The notes beneath the pieces were generated by a model. It was given only the letters and a program-made list of their open reading frames with translations, was not told the DNA's origin and made no database searches. DNA of 57,738 nt, counting the filler, from Dugesia japonica (taxonomy: Eukaryota): assembly GCA_001938525.1 (NCBI GenBank). It is 5 parts of 5 records of this genome, joined end to end, with 100 filler letters (N's around TTAATTAATTAA, not from the genome) between each part and the next. Parts side by side here need not be neighbours in the genome. Positions count along the whole stretch, not along the records: positions 13,655 to 28,543 come from MQRL01589842.1; positions 28,644 to 38,295 come from MQRL01592429.1; 3 more parts are not named here. One strand, 5' to 3'. Positions 26,816 through 37,985 of the stretch are shown in pieces (the first letter of the stretch is position 1; each line of letters opens with the position of its first letter). The translations under genes were made by a program, and so were the position numbers.

Positions 26816-26960
26816 ATTTAGTTTTCTAAAATGTAAAGTTAAATGGGTTTTTGAATGTTTTGGAAATTTGATTAATTTTCCGTTATCATCGCGTATATTA
26901 ATTTCTATATTGTTTATACATGATGTTGCAATGGGTAAATACATTGGATTATCAACTACG
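26816..26960 (-). pseudogene. C-terminus of the minor capsid protein (penton/PX)
   Basis: VVDNPMYLPIATSCINNIEINIRDDNGKLIKFP..HLTLHFRK. Confidence 0.85.
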
Positions 26961-27940
26961 TACTAGTGAGAAATTACTAGTAGGTAGTGACAGAGGACCT
27001 GTAGAAAATGGAAGAAAACCAGTGGATAATGAGGGAATATCAGTGGATAGTTGCAGAAGACCATTAGAGAGTAAGAAATTACTAGTAGAGAGTAAGAGAA
27101 TGCCAGTGAGTAGTGGGTAAAAACCAGTGGTAAGTGAGAGAATAATAAGTGAAAATCAGTGGAGAGTAGATAATATCATTAGATAAAGGGAGAATACCAG
27201 TAGATAGTGAGATAATACTAGTGGATAGCGAAAGATTACTAGTGGATAGTGGGATAATACAATTAGATAGTGAGATAAAACAAGTAGATAGTAATAGAAG
27301 ACTTTTATAGAGAGAAAATATCAGTAGATAGTTGCAGAAGACCTGTAGACAGTGAGAGAATACCAGTAGACAGTGAGATAATACTAGTGGATAGTGAAAG
27401 ATTACCAGTGGATAGTGGCAGAAGACCTATAGAGAGTGTGAGTAGACCATTGGAGAGTGGAAAAATACCAATGGGAGTGGTTGAAGACCAGCAGACAGTC
27501 AGAGAAGACCCATAGAGAGTGGTGAATACTAGTCGAGAGTAAGAGAATACCAGTGGGAGTGGGAGAAAGTCAGTTAATGATTGAGAAGAGGGAAAAGTGA
27601 GAGAAAATAAGTAACTGTGAAAGAAGACCTGTGCAGAGTAGGAAAATACTAGTAAACAGTGAGAGCAAACCAGCGAGGTGTGTAGAAACCAGAAAGAAAA
27701 TGTTATAGACTAGTAAACAGTGTTAGAAAGCCAGTAAGCAAGACGCAATATCAGTGAAGAGCGAGAGAAGAAAGCTAGAGAGTGTGACAGAATACCAGCG
27801 AAGAGTAAGAGTGATAAAATAAATGTGAGTTAAAACTGGTAAAAGGTAGAATAAAGATATTAAGAATGAGAAAGGGCCAGTAAAGAGAGAGAATAAGCAG
27901 GTAAGAAAGTTAGAAGACCTGGAAAGAGCGAAGAAATATT
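26961..27940. repeat. Purine-rich degenerate minisatellite, unit about 21 bp (ccagtggatagtgagagaata)
   Basis: Recurring c(c/t)agt(a/g)ga(t/g)agt spaced about 21-22 nt over roughly 1 kb. Confidence 0.85.
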
Positions 27941-28750
27941 TTTACAATTTTAAATCTTTAATCCCTAATAATCATTACATGTTACTAAAATTAAAACAAC
28001 ACTAATGTGTTCATTATCTTATTTCCCATCCAACAATATCAGGTTTGACCAGAAAACATGATTTTAAATTGACGTTTGCCCTTTTGAGTGGGAAGGAGTT
28101 ATTTTAATAAATTCTGTATTATCGTTATGTTGGTTTAGTGCCATAAACCCTATATCTCGGCCACAAAGCATTTTTTGACAACGGTATTTTAAGCAATGTA
28201 TATGTAGTATATTAAGTCTACTTTTATTGTAAACCCAATCTTGTTTTTGAAACATATCTTGCATTTTCTGAGGTAAATTAGAGAAATTATTTTGCAGTTC
28301 TTCACAATTCATTTAGCTCTAGTTGTTAATGCATTGATTTCAGCATGGTTTACAATAAAAGAAGACTTCACATTAATAACGTTTTATTCAAAAATACTTN
28401 TTTATTAAAAAGTAACACCAGTTGTATTATTTAAACAAATTTGACCAGTGTTTTAACTATGTGGTTGCATTAGCTTATGATGATTTTGTCTCCACTGTCC
28501 AATAAATACTATTGTGATATTACCGAATTGTTTTGTTTATCAANNNNNNNNNNNNNNNNNNNNNNNNNNNNNNNNNNNNNNNNNNNNTTAATTAATTAAN
28601 NNNNNNNNNNNNNNNNNNNNNNNNNNNNNNNNNNNNNNNNNNNGTCATATTTTTTCACATGTCAAAATTATTTAATATTTTTATTAAATTAACAGCTTCG
28701 ATCAAAATATGGCTTTTGTATTTTATGTTTTTTTAGTTTTTAGTATTTAA

Positions 28751-28790
28751 GTCGATTCCTGATGAAGACAAAGTCGAAAATTCGAAATAC
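28751..28790 (+). ncRNA. Minimal type I hammerhead ribozyme (Penelope-associated)
   Basis: gattc-CTGATGA-a-GAC aaa GTC-GAAA-at-TC-gaaat: intact core, 3-bp stem II, palindromic AATT at stem III. Confidence 0.7.
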
Positions 28791-29396
28791 TATCAAGAAC
28801 TAAAATATATTAAAAAGAAAAACAATATTTTGATCGAGGCTATTAATTTAATGAAATCTCTGATACAATAATGAAATCTCTCACAATAATTCTTGTAATT
28901 TTAAAATTAATATTATTGTTTTCTGCATTTTATTTACTGTCACTGAGATGTACATACAATACCTCTGGAATTTAACTCTTCTTTGATCATAAATATTTAT
29001 TTTTATTACAATTAAGAAAAAATAATTACTAATTAACTATAATTATTTTTTAATTAAAATTAAAATACACATAAAATATGCCAATTAATTAACAATCCAA
29101 ATTACAATTTAATATTTATACAAAACAATATTATCTTAAGTAAATTTGACAATTTTCCAAAACCACTTGAATTCAATAAAATTCGGATAAAGATTTCTAC
29201 ACAAAATACTTTTTAAAATTTTTCATTCACATTTCCCAGATGTTTTTCAATAAAAATTAATTTTTGGAAAATTTATCGTTATTTTATTATGTTCTTAATT
29301 GATAAACAAGATTGCAAAAGGGTTTGTCTTTGAAACATCGAAATGTTTTCACAGCACATTTTCAGTTATCAAATCGACGATTAAATTTGTATTTAG

Positions 29397-29718
29397 AAAC
29401 ATCATGGCTATGATTCCTCAAATCAAAAAGGTGGCAAAGACTGCTCGTTCATCAGTTCAAGTCAAAAAGGAACAACTTATTATATTCTGTCAACAGAATA
29501 CCCAAGAATATCAGGTCCAGGATCACCCAGCAATTAGCAATTTTTTTGTAACGCGACATTATAAATACGCAAAACCACTTCATTATTCATTAATATTTGA
29601 TTTATTGCTTGCTATTTATATAATTAATAATGATTATAATTATAATTATGGTGATGATGACGACGCAGATAATTTCTCAATCAATATTTCAAGCATCATT
29701 ATTTATGTTATTTTACCG

Positions 29719-29788
<70 letters not shown>

Positions 29789-29840
29789 NNNNNNNNNNNN
29801 NNNNNNNNNNNNNNNNNNNNNNNNNNNNNNNNNNNNNNTT

Positions 29841-29871
<31 letters not shown>

Positions 29872-30870
29872 TTATTAATATTAATATTAATATTAATGAT
29901 TTTACTCGAATTTAAGACGATAATAAAATAAATATGCAACATAAGCATGAGAATAAATTGTTTTTAAGTAACACATAAGGAAATAATATGAATATTGAAT
30001 CTTTATTTAATGGAATTTATCAGTATACATTTGCTAAACATTTGGATATTCTTAGATAAAAGCTACTAAAATCGTCGTAAAAATACAAAATCACACGACA
30101 TATACTAGTTATAGGAGTAGATAAACATCATATTGACGTCTTCTGTTTTGTTCTTCGTCGTTAAACGTTTGGAAAACTAAAAAATCAAACAATTAATTGA
30201 AAAGTGGCTAGAGTATGACGTGATAAGATTTATTGTTATCATCATTTATTCTCCTGATATCTCATTGTTTGGTATCAATTGCAGACATGAGAAAACCATC
30301 CACATCACAACCAGTACTTCTAAAATTGGTAAAACTTCCAAATCTTCACTGAAAGATTTATTATTGATGTGGATCGAAAAAAACACAAAAGAATATCAAG
30401 TAGAATTTCTACTTTTAATATTATTTGTTATTTTTCTTAATGCTGCTAATGCTTCTGCCAATTAATGCTTTTTAAAAAATAAGTGTATGAGAAATATTTA
30501 TGAAAAATGGTTTAGAATGTCAGCATCACGAATTATTCGAAAAGTTGGGCAGACGGATTAGCATTTTGTGCACTGATTCACCATTTCTATCCGGATTCGT
30601 TTGACTACAAAACTCTTTCATCAAAAAATCCAGTTGCTAATTTCACTTTGGCGTTTGATACAGCAAAGTAAAATATTTTTCACAGACAATATAATGAAAC
30701 GAATTTTTAGGAAATGTGCTGGTATTGAACCTTTAATTGAACCAGAGGATATGATAACTCTTGAATCGCCCGATGAGAAATGCGTTTATACGTACGTTCA
30801 ATTCATGTATAATGCGTTGAAAAGCCATCCAAGAAATATGGTCAAATATGTAGCAAATTCGGAGGGATAA
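29397..30870 (+). CDS. Smoothelin/MICAL-like calponin-homology domain protein; exons 29397-29514 or 30285-30399, then 30516-30667 and 30711-30870
   Basis: Spliced: LKDLLLMWIEKNTKEYQ|NVSITNYSKSWADGLAFCALIHHFYPDSFDY..NFTLAFDTAK|KCAGIEPLIEPEDM..PDEKCVYTYVQFMY; GT-AG introns keep frame. Confidence 0.88.
29721..29875. repeat. (TAT)n microsatellite spanning a gap
   Basis: Direct reading. Confidence 0.97.
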
Positions 30871-31321
30871 ATTTTTCAGATGTTATTTAGAATAGATATT
30901 TGGTTGATAGATGTATTAAATAGATTATTGCTGTTTCCCTGTGAAATAGTATACATGTATACATGCACACACGCATCATGCACACATGCATATTTGTTTG
31001 TATGCAAAATTTATATTTACGTAATTATTTTAAATATAAAAACGATTTGAAAATGAAAATAATTTGGCGATCTTTTGCATTTTATCAAAAAATTATAGAG
31101 AACAAAAACTTTCAAGTAAACAAAAAATATCAACAAAACATACAAATCGAATTAATATTAAGAGAACAATTTGTTGAATGTTTGTTCGCAGAATAATACC
31201 GCATTAAATATTCATATTTGCACAAAAAATTTGATCAGGAATTCAATTTTCTAGATATTTAATCAATAATTCAAATTAATAATAAATATATTATTCAAAT
31301 TAATCAATTACTCAAATTAAT

Positions 31322-32785
31322 AGTAGATAATGGCGCACAGCGCCCACAATCCCCTGCCCCGCGGTAGCAAATTTTTGGGGAGAAATGTGATTGGCTGCAC
31401 ACAAATTTCCTGCAATTTGATTGGTCGTAAATTTTAGGTGTGTGATAATGTAATTGGGACAGTAATACTGCAATTTCATTGCCTAGATTATGTGTTGATC
31501 ACGCAATGAATGCGTAATAACGACGTCATAGTTACGTAATGATTACATATCCATTACCAAACAATTAGTTTTGTTTAAATGAAGTGAAAATAATGATTCT
31601 TTGTATAAATTAGTCGACATTTATGATTATTTGATTAAATTAAACAAAATTAATAATTTTCTTTGTTTCAATTAAATGAAATTATGAGTTTCTTAATGGA
31701 AAATCGATGGAAAAGCCTATGTTTCTTCCAATTAACAAAAATTGATCGAATGTGATTTTCTCACCGGCAATATAACCATTAAATATTCCCCGGACAACAT
31801 TAGTATTAGTGTTTTCTCAAACAATATTAATATTCACATTAGATTCTGCTACGGGAAATATTAATATCAATATTCGTTGCTCCAGGCAATATTAAAATTA
31901 TTTGCTCAGGTTTCACATATTGGATTCTCGGTGGTTCATACTATTAGTTGCTCCAGAGCTCATACTAAGAGATTTCTATGGGTTCACACTCTTGGCCACA
32001 CCCGACATTAGATGCACCCTGGTTCATACTATTTGATATTTCGACAATAGATGATAACAGACGCATACTATTAGATTATCCAATATTAGATTATTCCAGT
32101 TCCATTAATATTAGATGCTCTACGGTAACTAGCATTAATCGTTCACAATATTAACAATAAAATAATGAATCAAAACAATAATCACATTGGAAAAATTTAT
32201 TACATATTTATAACAAACATTTAATAAATTCAGTTTAATAAAAGACAGTTTAAATACATACAGTGTGTTTGGATTCTTCGTTTGATTGCTAAATAATAAA
32301 TAAATAAATTTCTAATAATTTCAAATAAATTCATTATTGATCCAAAGTCTTATTTATTGCGGTCAAACTATAATGTCCTTATGAAACACTAGTGTTTTCG
32401 TTTATCCATACTCCCTTATCGTCATTGTTGGTCAATGCTATTTTTGGACCCTTATAGCTATACAATTGGTGGTTTATTGTACCTATCCTAAATTTTTCTA
32501 CTGAGACCGATTGATTAATTTTGTAACAATCTAGACACGACTAGTGTGTTTAATCAGTATTTTTTAATGTTACCCTTTTAGCTTTCATGCTCTTCTTTTT
32601 GCTAAGGAGAATGTAACATTTTGGTCTTATAAAAACCCATTCCTTAAATATGTTACCCTTGCTTTTGTCTTTGAATTTGCCTATCACTGAGTTTAGATTG
32701 TTGTTATAAAGCAGATATTCTGCACTATAATTTGAAGTATCCAACAACTAATATTGTACTATCAATTCTAGCAATCTTTCTAATC
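31322..32785. mobile_element. Polinton end fragment: terminus, subterminal repeats, 3' end of pPolB
   Basis: AGTAGATAATGGCGC start, GC-rich block, gattgg boxes, then pPolB C-terminus on the minus strand. Confidence 0.65.
32367..32750 (-). pseudogene. pPolB C-terminal fragment
   Basis: LDTSNY, VIGKFKD, IRPKCY, KAKRV, ALTNNDDK, GHYSL. Confidence 0.9.
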
Positions 32786-34581
32786 AGTAGATAGATAGTA
32801 GCTCACGGTCACAATTTTAGGGGGACCACCTTCCCCCTCCCCGGGGGAGGCTCGACAACTGCTTACGATTGTGACCGAATTTTTGTGACGGTATTTCTGT
32901 GATGGTGTTTTTAAGATTTTTGGGATCAAAAAATTTTTGATCGTATCATATTTTTTTGATCCTGGTGGTGTGTGTATTTTTAAATTTTAAAATTTGTGTG
33001 GGTTTGGGTTGTTAAGGTGTTTTTTAAAAAGTATGTCAAGTGGAGTTTATGTGTGTGTGTGTAAGAATGAATTAGGACTCGAGGTGGAGCTAGAGATCTT
33101 GGAGATAACATTTTTGGTGTTTTTAAGATTTGGTTGTTGTTGGACGAAAATTCGGTTTATATATTGTCTAAAGGACTTATGGGGTTGGATGGATGGTTTG
33201 TCCTAGAAGTGCAGTAGCGCACGGTTACAGTCGAATGAGTTATCGTGGGGTGTTTTTTGGGAGGTTGTAGGATTGTAGTGGGTTGTTGTATTTTGTTGGT
33301 TGATGGTTTATTGGAGAGGTAATGTAATGGAGAATATTTTTGGATGTCGATTGTGACTTAATGACTGATTGGTTGTTTTTGAATTTGATTGATTGATATT
33401 TATAAGTAGTATAATAGTGTTTAAAAAATTTCGGGAGGAGGAGAGTGGTATGTGTGGAAAGACAATTAATTATCGGATTTTATAAGATTTATTTGAAAAT
33501 TTTCTGTTGGGGGTGTATGACGTCATAATTTTTTGAAATCTTTATTTTGCTTTAAAATGCTGTATTTTGCTTAAAATGATGAATTTGATGAAATTAATGT
33601 TATTTTTGTAAAATGATGTATTTTTGAACTGGGAAGAGGGGAGTCTTGATATTTTTTTTGACGGGAAATTTAAAAATTTATTTTTGCATAGGAAATTTAA
33701 ATTTTTTTTGAGCAGACTTTATATTTATGTATGTGATGGGGCTGTCTTGATATTTTGCATAATTGAGGGGAGTCTCTATATTTAGCATGGTATGATGGGA
33801 GTCTCTGTATTTTGCATGAGATGGGGAGTATAAAATTCATAGGCTCGTGATTTTTACAAAGTGTTGACAATCGTCAATCAAGCCTATACACTGGACAATA
33901 TTGACAATTTGAATAGGTGTATAGTTAATAAAGCAGAGAGAATAAAAGGAGAATATAATCTGGAGCCCTTTATGAATACAATGACAGAAATATCCAACAA
34001 CGAAATTTTGTTGTATCAATATAAGTTGGAGAAGACACTACAAAAGGGTCTTCATGCTTTGATAGAAATTCAATTTCTTGATAGTTTGGTGGTAATAATA
34101 TTATTATTAATATTAATACAATTATTATTATTTAATTAGGTATTAAGCAAAGAAGAAAACATTAAAAAACTTCAATTAGATCCAAAAGTCCTTGAAAACA
34201 TGTCATTTTTAATGAAAAACTTGGTAAGGTTTTTTGAACTTGATCCACCAACAGCAGCTATCGAGATTTATAAGGAAAAAAGTGAACATTACCAATAAAT
34301 TTAACATGGACATACAATATCAGAGTCCGGAGATAATTAATATAAACAGAACAAATGTTAAAATGCAAGCCCTATCCATTGCATTTGGTAAACAAAGACA
34401 ATGCCGTGTGGATAGGAAGAAAAATATCGGTAATATAGTTTTTTTTTATGTAAACTTATTAATTATTAGTGTAGATCCAGTATGCAATAAAAACCAGTCA
34501 CATCAACATTTTGTTTCTTGGTTGTAAAAGACTTTATTTGTTAAGTGTTGTAAATATTTGGTATACTTTTATGAGTTGTTT
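32786..34581. mobile_element. Polinton end fragment inserted into pPolB
   Basis: AGTAGATAGATAGTAG start; 33370-33850 is homologous to 50340-50790 of the element carrying pPolB copy 2. Confidence 0.75.
33855..34527 (+). pseudogene. Polinton accessory gene of unknown function with 48-nt intron (34092-34139); 5' truncated and frameshifted
   Basis: Paralogous to 51081-51843; removing the GT..AG segment joins FLDSLV|VLSKEENIK in frame. Confidence 0.65.
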
Positions 34582-35918
34582 AGTAGGTAGATAGTGGCGC
34601 ATATCCCCTCTTGATTTTATCCCTAAAAAAGCCCGCCTCCCCCACTTTTTAAAAAGGGGATAAAATTTTCAAAAGAAATAAAAAAAGAAGATAAAATTTT
34701 TAAAAGGGGATAAAATTTGTTAAAGAAATTTAAAAGGGGATTAAGTTTTTTAAAAGGGATAAATTTAAAAAATAAAGTAAAAGTGGTGTTTAATTTTTCT
34801 TGTGTGTTTAGTTAGGAATTTATTCGGTGAGGTGGAATGAGGTCAATTTTTGATTTTTCCGGTGAAATTGGTCAAATCTTTCCTCAGTTTTGGTCAGTTT
34901 GGGTTATTTTTGGAAGATTTGGTCAAGTATTTAATCGGGAATGGTACTTTGTTAATTTTCAGTCAATATTGGTCAAATATTTCCTCGGGATTACTTGGTT
35001 TGGGTAATTGGTTGAATTTTTTCTCGGGATCGGTAATTTTTGGGTGATTAAGGTGAAATTGGTCAAATATATCCTCGGGAATGATTAATTTGGGTAATTT
35101 GGTTAATTATTTCATCGAGAATGGACAGTTTGGGTTAAATTTTAAGGAACTTCATGATAAAAGTCGAATTTATTTAAATTTTAAAGTTTTTTAAGAATTT
35201 TTATCGGATTGTTTTATAGGAATCCGGGCAAACCGTTCATGTTGTTTAAATAATATGAAAATTTAAAATTTTTTTAATGAAACTTTTATGGGAATCTGGG
35301 TAAACAGTCTAAAATTTCGAAAAAATATGTTATATATCTCAGATTCCAAAGATTTGTATACCAAACTGCTGAGAATTTTACGGCGATCATTTCTCAGAAA
35401 TAAAAACTTTTCGAAAAACTATTACTATTCAAATAAGTTAAGAAAGTATCTATTAGATAAAGAAATTTTTGCTGATTCGAAATCTGTTAACCTAAAATCG
35501 CCAAAGTCAATACTCGATGAAATAAATAATGTTTTATATTGAAAAAATCTCAAAAGTTTAACTTTTATACTCAATTTTCTCTGTGTACATAACTTGTATG
35601 GTTTCAAATTTGGTATTATTTTACTCAGGAGAAAAGAGTGACTGTACAAAGTTAAAATATCGTCTCGGGAAAAATGCTTCCTAACGAATATGTATAACTG
35701 TCCTCCCAGATTTGATAACATTTTTTGAAAATATCAAAAGTACCTCAAAATTTATCTAACTTTATACTATTTGACTGGGAATTTATCGGTAAGTACGAAT
35801 ATTACTGTTAAAAATCACCAAACTGTATAGATAAAAAGTTATATAGAAAAACATGTATTTAAACAGAAAATAGTTTAATAATTTACTCGATTCAACCTAT
35901 TTTTTGTATTGGTTTACG
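34582..35918. mobile_element. Polinton-type end fragment with internal short repeats
   Basis: AGTAGGTAGATAGTGGCGC start; aaaaggggataaaattt and ttggtcaaatatttcctcggga repeats. Confidence 0.6.
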
Positions 35919-36793
35919 AGTAGATAGATAGTGGCGGGCATAGCCATCTGTGTGTGAACCCCCCCGCCCCCTTTACGTAATCGGATTATTACATAAGTAT
36001 GGCTATCATTTTCTAATGTAAATAGGCGGCGGCACACATTTGTATGCATTACATAATGTAATTAATTTTGTAGCGACAATATTACATAAGTGGCTATCAA
36101 TTTTTCCTGTGTATTTATCATTTGTCCTTTGAGCATTCTTTTAATGTATACTCTTCTTGAGCACCGTTATTTTTGATTTCATCTCTTATTATATTTTCAC
36201 TGGATAATTAATTCACTAAATTCATTCGTTTCTTTATTCTAAATAATGCTTCTCTTTAATTCTCCATTTCCCATTAATTTAATTCAAGTTTCATTTACTT
36301 TATCATTTTAATGAAATTGTTGCTTTCTTTTGATCTTTATTGTTTCTTTTACTACTACTATTTTTTTTATTACTTCATTTCTACTTGGCGACATTATCTC
36401 TTCTCTTTTCTAGTTCCTTTTAATTTTAAACATAAATTTCAATAACTGGCCTGTTTCAGTCCATGAGAGCAACACAACGCGATGCGGAAGAATATACTCA
36501 GCTCTCGGAAAGACTAGCCTGTAAGGTTTAAACAGTTATCGAGATGCAGCATATCAATCAATGAGATATATTAAGCGGCATATGAGATGAATTACTTATG
36601 AATTGTGATTGGAAATCGAGAGTACAACCTCATCTGTAATGACGAGTGATTGTTAATCGATCAGAGCTCGTGGTAACATCCATTTCATTCTTTAAAATTA
36701 AAATAAATTGAATAGAGATATTTATGTTGAGGTATTATAATATGAAATACTCTTATAGTATGAAGTACCATGGTGATGTTATATTATTTACAG

Positions 36794-37327
36794 ATGACNA
36801 ATTCNATNACCAAAGCAGAAGCAATGAAATCATACGCACTGGCCGGATATACATTCGAGACAACGCCATGTAACAATATGCCACCGTTGTGGTATTTGGT
36901 GACCATGGAGGGAACTGCGGTCGAACCATGGTGGATCACTAAGGCACAGCTACAGGTCACGAAGGACAAGATAACGGAGATGCGAGAGGAGATATTGAGA
37001 CAACGATAGCAATTCGCCGAACAGATAAAGAAGATTAATACTCGGCAGATACGCGTCGAACAGCAAGAAAGCCAACATCAATTGCAAGTGATGGAGATTA
37101 CTAGATGGCAGCAGGAGCGTGAAAAGGAACTAGTAACATTGTTAATACGAGTAACAGAACTCGCCAAGCAGCAGCAAACAGTTATTCAGTCCATGAGAGC
37201 AACACAACGCGAGGCGGAAGAATATACCAAGCTCTTGGAAAGACTAGCCTGTAAGGTTGAAACAGTGCTCCAGCAAGTGTTTGCATCTTTGGACGAGACA
37301 GTAGACATTGTGGAAACAATAGTGTGA
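36794..37327 (+). pseudogene. Coiled-coil protein of unknown function, one in-frame TAG at 37007-37009
   Basis: ORFs 36770-37009 and 37082-37327 share a frame; higher GC than flanks; Q/E/R/L heptads. Confidence 0.55.
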
Positions 37328-37679
37328 TCCTTGTGACATCAGCAATATAATTTTAGTTAANNNNNNNNNNNNNNNNNNNNNNNNNNNNNNNNNNNNNNNN
37401 NNNNNNNNNNACAGTGCTCCAGCAAGTGCTTGCACCTTTGGACGAGACAGTAGACATTGTGGAAACAATAGTGTGATCCTTGTGCCATCAGCAATATAAT
37501 TTTAGTTAATGATTTTCTGGTCTTAATTTTCTGTTTAAATAATTAGAGATGAATTTCATCTTAAGTTATAAGGAGTTAATTTATGAAGTTCTTGTTAACG
37601 AATACGATGAACGATTTTACATCTTAATAAATTATTTATTTAAGAATACTTATCAAATGCTATATCTCAATTATTTATA

Positions 37680-37985
37680 GTGACCGAGGCAAGGAAGCTC
37701 ACTGATATGACCGACATTAAAGCCAAATGGTTCGCCATACAGCGAAAATTAAAGAGTGAGATCGTAGAGTTACAGCAAACAAATCTACAGCTCAGAAATA
37801 AAATGGACAAGATGAAAGAAAGAGAGCTAAAACTATCGCAAACATGCCGGGCTATGGCCGATATTATCAAGACGTATGCTGATTGGAAAGGAGTGCTGAT
37901 ATCCACCGTTCGCATCCTTACCCAGGTATCAAGACCAGTCAAAGAAATCAACCAAGAAAAAGACATTATTAATATCGACGAATGA
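37680..37985 (+). CDS. Coiled-coil protein exon/ORF of unknown function
   Basis: 101-aa open frame following an acceptor-like ttatttatag; heptad LKSEIVELQQTNLQLRNKM. Confidence 0.5.
   Translation: MTEARKLTDMTDIKAKWFAIQRKLKSEIVELQQTNLQLRNKMDKMKERELKLSQTCRAMADIIKTYADWKGVLISTVRILTQVSRPVKEINQEKDIINIDE

Noticed and set aside
29299-29931. 210-aa ORF with poly-Tyr/Leu
   Set aside because: Only 29397-29514 looks coding; the rest is intron, (TAT)n and gap
37411-37509. Direct repeat of 37262-37360
   Set aside because: Near-identical overlap on both sides of an N gap; most likely a scaffolding artefact
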